This document shows positions 36,810 through 45,175 of a stretch of DNA of 64,000 nt, one piece after another. Position 1 is the first letter of the stretch. Each line of letters opens with the position of its first letter. The position numbers were made by a program, and so were the translations under genes. Source of the DNA: Candidatus Sulfotelmatobacter sp. (lineage in GTDB: Bacteria; Acidobacteriota; Terriglobia; Terriglobales; Acidobacteriaceae); the NCBI GenBank assembly GCA_036376495.1, contig DASVAE010000021.1, positions 3,845 through 67,844 on the forward strand, in the 5' to 3' direction. The notes beneath the pieces are model-generated. The model saw nothing but the letters and a program-made list of their open reading frames with translations. It was not told where the DNA came from and searched no databases.

Positions 36810-37714
36810 TTCTTGGGTCCTCCACCGGTCACAGGTGTGCTCACACCCGACATGCTGGCCAGCACATCGAACATGCAGGCAAAGTCATATTTGGTCCACC
36901 CCATGCCGCGGGCTGCCGTCAAGAATTCATTGCTCACCGCAGTCGTCGGAAGTGGAACGTCCAATTGCCGGCCCAGATCCATGGCAAGGACCATATCCTT
37001 CTGCATCATGTTGACGTCGAACCAGGCTTCTTCCGGCTGCTGCAACACAAATGGGCCACGGTACTGAATCATCGGAGAAGCTACGGCGCTGTGCGTAAGC
37101 ACATCCACAGCTACCTCACGGGCAATGCCGCTTTTTTCCGCCAACAATACGCCCTCTGAAAATGCCAGCATCTGCACCGCGAGGCTCAGGTTAGTGGCGA
37201 TTTTCATGGACAATGCGAGTCCGTTATCGCCGACATGCGTAACCTTTGGTCCAATATCGAGCAGGAGCGGCTTGATCTTCTCGAAGGTCTCTTTGCGGCC
37301 GCCCACCATCACCGAGAGCTTGCCTTGCTGCAGGGTTATGACACTCCCAGATACCGGAGAGTCCACCATGTCCGCGCCCAGCGCTCGCACCTTTGCCGCC
37401 AGCGCCCGACTGCCATTCGGACTCACAGTGCTCATATCGATGAATATCTTTCCTGCGGTAAGTCCTGCTAACAAACCGGCCGGCCCCTCGGAGACTGCCT
37501 GAATGGCGCTGGCATTGGTCACCATTGCAAAGATGAAGTCGGAAGCGCTCGCGACCTGGCGTGGCGAATCGGCCCACTGCATTCCCTTTTCCACCAGCCA
37601 CTGCGCTTTTGTGCGCGTGCGGTTGTAGCCGGTCACACTATGTCCCTGGCTGAGCAACCGATTCACCATCTGGCTGCCCATCACCCCCAAGCCTATGAAC
37701 CCGACTTTCGCCAT
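36806..37714 (-). CDS. NAD(P)-dependent 3-hydroxyisobutyrate-dehydrogenase-family oxidoreductase (HIBADH/GarR-like)
   Basis: The N-terminal Rossmann motif is KVGFIGLGVMGSQMVNRL. The family core is DSPVSGS...G.L..MVGG. Its stop overlaps the E1 alpha start by 4 nt. Confidence 0.85.
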   Translation of the reverse strand: MAKVGFIGLGVMGSQMVNRLLSQGHSVTGYNRTRTKAQWLVEKGMQWADSPRQVASASDFIFAMVTNASAIQAVSEGPAGLLAGLTAGKIFIDMSTVSPNGSRALAAKVRALGADMVDSPVSGSVITLQQGKLSVMVGGRKETFEKIKPLLLDIGPKVTHVGDNGLALSMKIATNLSLAVQMLAFSEGVLLAEKSGIAREVAVDVLTHSAVASPMIQYRGPFVLQQPEEAWFDVNMMQKDMVLAMDLGRQLDVPLPTTAVSNEFLTAARGMGWTKYDFACMFDVLASMSGVSTPVTGGGPKK

Positions 37715-37742
37715 CCGCTTGCTTCCTCCGAATTGCCTGCAG

Positions 37743-38471
37743 CTAGTTCGTCTGAGTGCTCTGCTTCGGCGTACGCTTCGCCGCCGGCGCCTGGCTGTCG
37801 TCCTTCACTTGCGATAAATGAGCGCGCATGGCTTCCCGCGCTTTCTCGGCATCGTGGCGCTCCACCGCCTCAAGAATTCGCTTGTGATGAACCTGGCCGC
37901 GATCTGGCCCTCCCGGCACACGGAAAATGCGCAGCCGCTGCTCGCGCAACAAACCCACGATCGAGTCAAGTAGTGAGAGAATTAGAGGATTCGCGGCGCC
38001 TTCCGCCAGCGCCAAATGAAAATCGAGATCAGCTTCGATATACGAGTCCGGATCTTGCCCGGAGCGGTCCATAATGGCAACCGCCTCACGCATCGTTGCC
38101 AGTTCCGACTCCTGAATGCGCGTCGCCGCCAGCGCAGCAATCTCCGGCTCCAGGATGGCGCGCACCTCGGCAAGGTGCGATGACCCTTCCGGCTGCCCAA
38201 TCTTGACCATCAGATCCAGGGACTGGCGCACCGCGTGGGTAGTCCCATCGGTGATGAAGGTCCCGCGGCCGGAGTAGGCTTCCACCAGACCCTTTTCCCG
38301 CAGAGCCTTGACCGCCTCTCGCACAGCCGTACGGCTCACGCCGAAACGCAGCGCCAACTCACGTTCCGCAGGCAACTGGTCTCCTGCCTTCAGATCACCT
38401 TTAACAATCGATTCCTCAATTTGCTGAACGATTTGCTCGTAGAGTCGCGATGTCCGAACCAGTTTGTACAC
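37743..38471 (-). CDS. GntR/FadR-family transcriptional regulator
   Basis: The wHTH is LYEQIVQQIEESIVKGDLKAGDQLPAERELALRFGVSRTAVREAVKALREKGLV, with an FCD-type helical C-terminus. GTG 38471 is the preferred start. The ORF-track start at 38819 would overlap the divergent receptor gene. Confidence 0.8.
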   Translation of the reverse strand: MYKLVRTSRLYEQIVQQIEESIVKGDLKAGDQLPAERELALRFGVSRTAVREAVKALREKGLVEAYSGRGTFITDGTTHAVRQSLDLMVKIGQPEGSSHLAEVRAILEPEIAALAATRIQESELATMREAVAIMDRSGQDPDSYIEADLDFHLALAEGAANPLILSLLDSIVGLLREQRLRIFRVPGGPDRGQVHHKRILEAVERHDAEKAREAMRAHLSQVKDDSQAPAAKRTPKQSTQTN

Positions 38472-38636
38472 TGGACTGCCCCCCGGAGGACCATCGGAAT
38501 GCCCGGCCAAGTGACCGGAAGTGGTCCGGCTACTATACCGCACATCCAAGAGGTTCTGACGAGTTGTTTCAGGCGAATACACGCTGTGGCCTATTGGTAT
38601 GCTGGTATGACCTAATATACGCCTGCGGTGCTGTGT

Positions 38637-38648
38637 TTGTAAATACAA
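38637..38648. promoter_or_regulatory. Candidate GntR-family operator (TTGTA-AA-TACAA)
   Basis: This is a 5+5 inverted repeat with a GT...AC core. It sits in the divergent intergenic region between the GntR gene and the receptor gene. Tandem TGGTATG repeats lie nearby (38594-38609). Confidence 0.3.
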
Positions 38649-38745
38649 CAGATTGATTGAGGTCAGCAATTCTCCAAATGTGAATTTACTTGACATGCTT
38701 TCTCCGGGGATGGTATGGCTGTCGGACCACACCTGGAGGGGTTCT

Positions 38746-41700
38746 ATGATCTCGCGCACGCTTCGTGCGTCCCAAGATAGACGGACGCCTGCAACCTGGC
38801 TGTTGCTCGCAACCTTCACGCTTGGGGTGTTTGCCGCGACTGCTTACGCTCAATCGACTGCAGGCCGGGTTCTCGGCACCCTCACAGACCAGAGTGGCGC
38901 CGCAGTTCCTGCCGGGAGCGTCACCATCACTGACGTGCAGCGGGGCACGACTCGCACCGTCACTACGGACGAGTCCGGCAACTATGCCGTGCCCGATCTC
39001 CAGCCCGGAACCTACAAGATTCATGCCGAAGCCCGGGGCTTCAAGGCTGCGGAGCGCCCCAGTGTGCAGGTTGAAGTTGCGAGCGACGTACGTGCCGATT
39101 TTGCGCTCCAACCGGGACAGATCAACGAAGTCGTGACCATCACCGAAGAGGTCCCCCTCGTCAACACCACTTCCGCGACCCTGGGTGGCACGCTCAGCAA
39201 CAAGGAGATCAACGATCTTCCTTTGAATGGCCGCAATTACGAAAATCTTCTCCAACTGCGTCCCGGCGTGATTCGCTACCCGGGTGGCGGCTTCTCGACC
39301 ACCAGTTCCAATGGCCTGCGCGCGGAAGATAATTCGTATTTCATCGAAGGGCTGTTCAACAGCGAACCTTACTCCGGGCAGGCGATCATCAACGGCGCGG
39401 GGATCGCCGGGGATTCGGCGACCATTCTGCCGATTGACTCCATCCAGGAATTCAATTTGCAGCAGAATCCACCCGCGGAGTACGGGTGGAAGCCAGGCTC
39501 GGTCGTGAACGTCGGTTTGAAATCGGGCACCAATAGCCTGCACGGGACGGCCTTCATGTTTGGCCGCGACGGCGCGATGGATGCCCGTAATTTCTTCAAT
39601 ACGGCGCCCGCGCCGAAATTGACGCGCACCCTCGAACAGTTCGGCGGCAGCATCGGCGGCGCGATCATCAAAGACAAGGCATTCTTCTTCGGCTCCTATG
39701 AGGGCCAACGCTATAACGTGGGCAATTCTTTTGGAGGAGTGACTAGCCCGTCGATGGCGGTCATTCCGCTCGATCCAACTGCTCAGGTGAACTGCACGTC
39801 TCCGGCGCTTGCTTCGCAAGATTGCGCAGACAGTATTCCCAATGCGATTGCTGATCTTCAGGCTAGCGGTATCCCGATCAGCCAGGCCAGCCTGAACATA
39901 GCGGGTTGTGCCATGTCGGGTGGAACCGTGACCTGCAACGGCTCGGGATTCCCGCTGAACAACACGCAGGGCATCGACATCAGCAACGGATTCAACAACA
40001 ACGTCCACGTCGACAATCTCGTCACCAAGCTCGATTTGCACCTCAATGACCGCCACAGCATCAGCGGCATGTATTTTTTCGGTAACAACTCAGGGACAGT
40101 CGAGGATTTCCCGGAGCTACAGCAGAAATGGCTTTCGAAGATTCACACTCGCGCCCAGGTTGTGGGTGGCAGCTGGATCTGGACTCCCGGGAGCCGGTGG
40201 GTGAATGAAGTGCGGTTTGGCTACAACCGTCTCTACCAACCGACTCTGCCGGGCGATCTCAACACTCCCGCGTCCACTTACGGCCTTAATACTGGCGTCA
40301 GCGGCCCTTTCACGGGAGGCTTGCCTCGCATCGGCTTCGGCGGTTACTTCTTCCCTGGTCTTGGGGGATTCAAGTGGCCGAAGTTCCAGGGACCCGATTC
40401 CATCACACAGTTCACTGATCACGTATCCTACACAGCCGGCAAGCACTCCGTAAAGATCGGAGGAGAACTGCACTACAACCGCGTAAAGAATGCTGCCTAC
40501 GGAAATGAGCGAGGCAGTATTACTTTCCTGGGCGGAGTAGCCACCGCAATTTCTCCGCAACTGGAGGACTTTTTTGCCGGTTTGCCCTTCAAATCTTCGG
40601 TGGAAGTAGGGAATCCGACTCTCCAGTTGCACAACTGGGCGTACGCTGGATTTTTTCAGGATGACTATCGCGCCACCAAGAATCTGACCCTCAACTTCGG
40701 CCTGCGCTATGAATACAGCACAGTGCCTCAGGAAGCCCACAATCTGCTGGGGAACTTCGACCCCAACGTGGGCCTCGTGCAGGTCGGGCATCAGATCAGC
40801 AGTCTCTACAATCCAGATCACAAGAACTTCGGGCCCCGCGCCGGTTTTGCCTGGGACATTCTCGGGAACGGGCGCACGGTGCTCCGTGGAGGCGGTGGGT
40901 TGATCTATGAGACGGTGAACTGGCAATCGTTCATCGCCTTCAATAATGCATTCGGGCCCGGCAGCGTGCCTACTGGAGCGCCCATCGATGCCGCCGGAAC
41001 TACGTCAGGCGGCACGATTACGACCGGCAATGTCACGATAAAGAATTTCCTGAATCCAGTTCCAATTCCCTGGGACACTCCCGGTGCTCCGCTGTACGGA
41101 AACAGCGCAATCAATTGCAACGACAGCCCCTGCCCGGTTATGACGGTTGCGCGCAACCTGACGACGCCTTACGTATGGGATTGGACACTGAATCTTCAGC
41201 ACGCCATTACGCAAAACCTATCGCTGGAGATTGCCTATGTCGGAAATCACGGCGCAAACCTGACCGGCATTCGTGACATCAACCAAGCCCCGGTAGGATC
41301 GGGATGGCCAGCAGCCGCCGTTTCCGCTTGTATCGCATCCGGATACACCGATCCCAATAACTGCGCCCCAGACAGCACCGGAGGAGAAGAATCGAACCGG
41401 CCATTCGCCAACAAGTTCCCTTACCTCGCCAACATCTTCCAGATGGGGAACGTCTACCGTTCCAACTACAACGGGCTGCAGGCCACGTTGAACGCTCGCA
41501 ACTTCCACGGTCTGAGCATGGTCGCCGGATACACGTACTCGCATGCCTCGGACGACGTGGGCGCGAACTGGGATTTCGGGTACGGCTCCGGCCTGCCACA
41601 AAATTCCTATAACGTGGGTGCGGAATACGCGAACAGCGACTTTGATATTCGTCACCGGTTGACGCTGTCGCTAACCTACGCCATTCCTGGCCGCAGCGGC

Positions 41701-42402
41701 TTTGGACAAATGCTGCAAGGCTGGGAAATCAATTCCATTACCACGCTGGAGAGCCCGCAGCATTGGGGCCCAATTGACCTCGGGACCGACGCCGCCGGAA
41801 CGGGCGCTTTGCCAGTCAGTCCACCGGCAACCGCACCGATTCGGTGGAGTTTCTATCGTGCAGGAACCGCAAGTTTGGGCAATCCGTCGGATTTCAAAGC
41901 CCGCAAAGGTGTAATGGACGCAAACGGCACGTTGGGCATCCCGTTTTACGCAGCCGGAGATCCGAGCATGCCTGCTGGTTGCGCAGCATCTGCCTTGGCG
42001 GCGGACGGCGGTAACCCTGGGCCAGAAACAGCGGCTCTGAATTTGTTCGGCTGTTATGCAGTTGGGAACTCGGTGATGATCGCGCCTCCGCTCGGCCACT
42101 TCGGAAACATGGGCCGGAATATGTTCCCAGATACCGGTTTCAGGAACTTTGATTTTTCTCTCGGGAAGAATTTCCACTTCGGCGAAACCAAGCGCCTGCA
42201 GTTCCGCGCCGAATTCTTCAACATCTTCAATCACCCGAACTTCGCAAATCCCTACGGCGGTCAAAACGGATTTGGACTGAATGATCCCTCGGTGCAGCCG
42301 TTTGGCTGCGGCTGTGCAACCCCAGACGTGGCAGCTGCCAATCCGGCGGTAGGCTCGGGGGGACCGCGCTCCATTCAGTTGGGAGCCAAGTTCATTTTCT
42401 AG
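38746..42402 (+). CDS. TonB-dependent outer-membrane receptor with carboxypeptidase-regulatory-like domain (about 1218 aa)
   Basis: Met at 38746 gives a signal peptide (MISRTLRAS...LLLATFTLGVFAATAYAQ). Motifs are GRVLGTLTDQSGAAVPAGSV...PGTYKI, the plug-like LNGRNYENLLQLRPGV, and the C-terminal RSIQLGAKFIF. Confidence 0.85.
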   Translation: MISRTLRASQDRRTPATWLLLATFTLGVFAATAYAQSTAGRVLGTLTDQSGAAVPAGSVTITDVQRGTTRTVTTDESGNYAVPDLQPGTYKIHAEARGFKAAERPSVQVEVASDVRADFALQPGQINEVVTITEEVPLVNTTSATLGGTLSNKEINDLPLNGRNYENLLQLRPGVIRYPGGGFSTTSSNGLRAEDNSYFIEGLFNSEPYSGQAIINGAGIAGDSATILPIDSIQEFNLQQNPPAEYGWKPGSVVNVGLKSGTNSLHGTAFMFGRDGAMDARNFFNTAPAPKLTRTLEQFGGSIGGAIIKDKAFFFGSYEGQRYNVGNSFGGVTSPSMAVIPLDPTAQVNCTSPALASQDCADSIPNAIADLQASGIPISQASLNIAGCAMSGGTVTCNGSGFPLNNTQGIDISNGFNNNVHVDNLVTKLDLHLNDRHSISGMYFFGNNSGTVEDFPELQQKWLSKIHTRAQVVGGSWIWTPGSRWVNEVRFGYNRLYQPTLPGDLNTPASTYGLNTGVSGPFTGGLPRIGFGGYFFPGLGGFKWPKFQGPDSITQFTDHVSYTAGKHSVKIGGELHYNRVKNAAYGNERGSITFLGGVATAISPQLEDFFAGLPFKSSVEVGNPTLQLHNWAYAGFFQDDYRATKNLTLNFGLRYEYSTVPQEAHNLLGNFDPNVGLVQVGHQISSLYNPDHKNFGPRAGFAWDILGNGRTVLRGGGGLIYETVNWQSFIAFNNAFGPGSVPTGAPIDAAGTTSGGTITTGNVTIKNFLNPVPIPWDTPGAPLYGNSAINCNDSPCPVMTVARNLTTPYVWDWTLNLQHAITQNLSLEIAYVGNHGANLTGIRDINQAPVGSGWPAAAVSACIASGYTDPNNCAPDSTGGEESNRPFANKFPYLANIFQMGNVYRSNYNGLQATLNARNFHGLSMVAGYTYSHASDDVGANWDFGYGSGLPQNSYNVGAEYANSDFDIRHRLTLSLTYAIPGRSGFGQMLQGWEINSITTLESPQHWGPIDLGTDAAGTGALPVSPPATAPIRWSFYRAGTASLGNPSDFKARKGVMDANGTLGIPFYAAGDPSMPAGCAASALAADGGNPGPETAALNLFGCYAVGNSVMIAPPLGHFGNMGRNMFPDTGFRNFDFSLGKNFHFGETKRLQFRAEFFNIFNHPNFANPYGGQNGFGLNDPSVQPFGCGCATPDVAAANPAVGSGGPRSIQLGAKFIF

Positions 42403-42424
42403 TTCGATTGGACTTTGCAATCAC

Positions 42425-42454
42425 GGGCCGGGCACATCCGTACGGCCCTTTTTT
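42425..42454 (+). terminator. Rho-independent terminator
   Basis: The stem GGGCCG...CGGCCC is followed by TTTTTT. Confidence 0.8.
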
Positions 42455-42502
42455 CGCCACTTCATTTCAGACTAGTGAGCTCTTGATCACAGGAAAACAC
42501 TC

Positions 42503-43726
42503 ATGCTGAACAGAACGCGAATGCCTGCACTCGCCTTAACTCTTACACTTGTGGTCACCTCTGCCATGCTGTTTGCCCAGGAACGCCGTGAACGCACCAT
42601 CGACGAAATCAAAACGGAAGCCATTCATCGAGCCGAGGTCGGGCAATATCCGCTCATCGGACTCGATCCCGCTGACGTGAAGGAAGCATTTGAGACCATT
42701 CACACCCCCGACAAAGACGAATGGGCGGCGGGATTCATGCGCGTGGCCGATCGCTACTTTAACGAAGCGAAGTCTCTGGAGAATTCCGATCCGACCAAAG
42801 CCAACGCGGACTACATTCGGGCGTGGCGGCTCTACTCCTTTGGGCGCTGGCCGATCCCCTCCTCTCCGGGCAAGCAACGCTCGTACGAAAAGGCGATCCA
42901 AGCTTTCCTGGCGCACGCCAAGTTTTACGACCCGCCGCTCGAAGTGGTGCACATTCCGTTTGAAGGCAAGCAGATCACTGGCTACCTGCGTTTGCCCAAG
43001 AACGCAAAAGGCCCTGTGCCTCTAGTAATCGCCGTCAACGGCCTGGACAGCCGCAAAGAAGATCTCACCGAGAGCTTTGGAGCCATTCTTCCCTTCGGCA
43101 TTGGCTATCTCGCCGTGGATGGACCGGGAACGGGCCAGGCTCCTATCAAGGTCTCCGAAAGCTCGGAGCGCATGCTGTCAAAAGTTATCGACTATGCTCA
43201 GTCCCGGCCCGAGGTCGATAAGAACCGAATCGCCCTGCACGGCGTCAGTTGGGGCGCGTACTGGGCAACCAAGATGGCCATCGTGGAACGCGAGCGTCTC
43301 CGTGGCTGCAGCGCGCAGTCGCCTCCCATCGACGGATTTTTCCAGAAAGATTTCCTGCTGAACCATCTGCTCGGCAACCGCGAGTATCTGTTCGACCAGG
43401 TGCCCGCGTTGATGAACATTCTTGAAGGCGTCCATACACTCGACGAGATGGCCGCGTTCCTTCCCAAGATGTCATTGGTCCATCAAGGATTGCTGGGCAA
43501 GCCGATGGCGCCCATGCTCGTCATTGCAGGCGTCCTCGATACCCAGGTGCCGATCGCCGATGACTACCTGCTGCTCAGCAAAGGCGACACCCCGAAAGAC
43601 GCCTGGATAAATCCCCGTGGTGGTCATCTCGGCCGCCAGGTGGGCGTGTGGCCCGATCCGAAGATCTTCCAAGAGGTAATCATTCCGTGGCTGGCAAAGA
43701 CTCTAGGAACAAACAATCCCACCTAG
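42503..43726 (+). CDS. Secreted alpha/beta-hydrolase (FrsA/DUF1100-like esterase family)
   Basis: There is a signal peptide (MLNRTRMPALALTLTLVVTSAMLFAQ) and the nucleophile elbow HGVSWGAYWA (GxSxG). A late GGHLG-type His region is present. Confidence 0.7.
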   Translation: MLNRTRMPALALTLTLVVTSAMLFAQERRERTIDEIKTEAIHRAEVGQYPLIGLDPADVKEAFETIHTPDKDEWAAGFMRVADRYFNEAKSLENSDPTKANADYIRAWRLYSFGRWPIPSSPGKQRSYEKAIQAFLAHAKFYDPPLEVVHIPFEGKQITGYLRLPKNAKGPVPLVIAVNGLDSRKEDLTESFGAILPFGIGYLAVDGPGTGQAPIKVSESSERMLSKVIDYAQSRPEVDKNRIALHGVSWGAYWATKMAIVERERLRGCSAQSPPIDGFFQKDFLLNHLLGNREYLFDQVPALMNILEGVHTLDEMAAFLPKMSLVHQGLLGKPMAPMLVIAGVLDTQVPIADDYLLLSKGDTPKDAWINPRGGHLGRQVGVWPDPKIFQEVIIPWLAKTLGTNNPT

Positions 43727-43795
43727 CTCCTATAACCTTGGTCCGCGATTGAGAATCCGCTTTGCTCGGGCCTGTCTTCGTCGTAGGCTGGTGCG

Positions 43796-44485
43796 ATGAA
43801 TGAAAAGACCGCGCTGGTCACGGGAGCCGACGGTGGACTGGGAATTCATGTCACGAAAGCTCTGCTCGATGCAGGGTTTCTCGTCGCCGGACTCGCCCCC
43901 AACATTAAGCAATCGCAGTTTGACAGTCCGCATTTTATGGCTGTTCCCGCGAAACTGGACGGCATCGAAGCAGCCAAACGCTCTGCAGACACGGTAATCA
44001 GCAAATTCGGCAAGATTGACGTTCTGGCTCACCTCGTCGGTGGCTTTGCAGGAGGGCCGAGCGTCGCCGAGACAGACGACACGACGTTCCGGCGAATGTT
44101 CGAAATGAATGTAGACAGCGCGTTCCACATCCTTCGCGCTGTCCTGCCCAACATGCAAGAGGCGGGGGCTGGACGAATCATCGCGATTGGCAGCCGCGCC
44201 GCAGAAGTTTCCGGCGCAGGAGTGGGTGCATATAGCGCTTCCAAAGCTGCTGTGGTTTCCCTTCTGAGAACGGTCGCACTCGAGAACAAAAACTCCGGAA
44301 TCACTGCGAATGTGATTCTTCCCGGAACCATCGATACTCCCGCGAATCGTAAAGCTATGCCCGGAGCAGATATCTCGCAATGGGTTCAGCCGAGCGCGAT
44401 TGCCAGCTTGATAATCTGGCTGGCAAGCGATGGCGCAAAGGACGTGACCGGCGCAGCCATTCCGGTTTACGGCCGCGGGCTCTAG
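43796..44485 (+). CDS. Short-chain dehydrogenase/reductase (SDR)
   Basis: Motifs are TGADGGLG (TGxxxGxG), NVDSAF and YSASKAA (YxxxK). Confidence 0.85.
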   Translation: MNEKTALVTGADGGLGIHVTKALLDAGFLVAGLAPNIKQSQFDSPHFMAVPAKLDGIEAAKRSADTVISKFGKIDVLAHLVGGFAGGPSVAETDDTTFRRMFEMNVDSAFHILRAVLPNMQEAGAGRIIAIGSRAAEVSGAGVGAYSASKAAVVSLLRTVALENKNSGITANVILPGTIDTPANRKAMPGADISQWVQPSAIASLIIWLASDGAKDVTGAAIPVYGRGL

Positions 44486-44586
44486 CACTACGTAACCCTT
44501 TCGTAACCCTCCCTACCGCACATTTTTTGTTGCAGTTTAATACCGGTGAAATATCTTGCATCTATGCTGTATTGAGGAGGCTCTGT

Positions 44587-45108
44587 ATGGCGTCATCCCG
44601 AGCCGCGAAATCCTTGCCGCTGCAGGTGGCGGCTATTTGCTACCGCCGCCGTGCATCGGCAGTCGAGTTCCTCCTAGTCAACACCAACGGCGGCAGCAAG
44701 TGGACATTTCCCAAGGGCTCCACGGATCCGCGCCTCTCCCATAGCCAGGCCGCCGAGCGGGAAGCCGCAGAAGAAGCCGGTGCGATCGGCACAATTGAGC
44801 CCCGCCACTTTCACCTTTACATGCATTCCAAAGGCGTGTTCTGGCAACCGGGTGGCGTCCAAGAGCTTGTGGTGAAGGCCTTCCTGATGGAAATCCATCA
44901 AATGCGCCGTCCCGATGAATCCAACCGGAAGCCCACTTGGGTTAACCCGGACGAAGCCAAACGCCGGCTGGCCAAAGGCCGAGAAGTAAAGTACTCCCGA
45001 GAACTGGAGGCGTTGATCGACCGCGCCTTGGAACGGATCCGGTACCAAAGTGAGCTTTGGGGTACCTATCCCAATACCCGCACGTCTCGCTCGACAGCTT
45101 CCGTTTAG
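44587..45108 (+). CDS. NUDIX hydrolase
   Basis: ATG 44587 is preceded by GAGGAGG. The Nudix box is GSTDPRLSHSQAAEREAAEEAGA. The ORF-track start at 44380 overlaps the SDR gene. Confidence 0.8.
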   Translation: MASSRAAKSLPLQVAAICYRRRASAVEFLLVNTNGGSKWTFPKGSTDPRLSHSQAAEREAAEEAGAIGTIEPRHFHLYMHSKGVFWQPGGVQELVVKAFLMEIHQMRRPDESNRKPTWVNPDEAKRRLAKGREVKYSRELEALIDRALERIRYQSELWGTYPNTRTSRSTASV

Positions 45109-45175
45109 GCGGGAACAATCTCAGATCTTCCCACCAGGCTCCAAGCCCAATCTATGAGACGATAAAAGCAGTCCC

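Noticed and set aside
38686-40056. 456-aa ORF antisense to the third TonB-dependent receptor
   Set aside because: It lies entirely inside, and antisense to, a gene with strong family motifs. The translation is Arg/Gly/Ala-rich with no motifs. Long spurious antisense ORFs are expected at this GC content.
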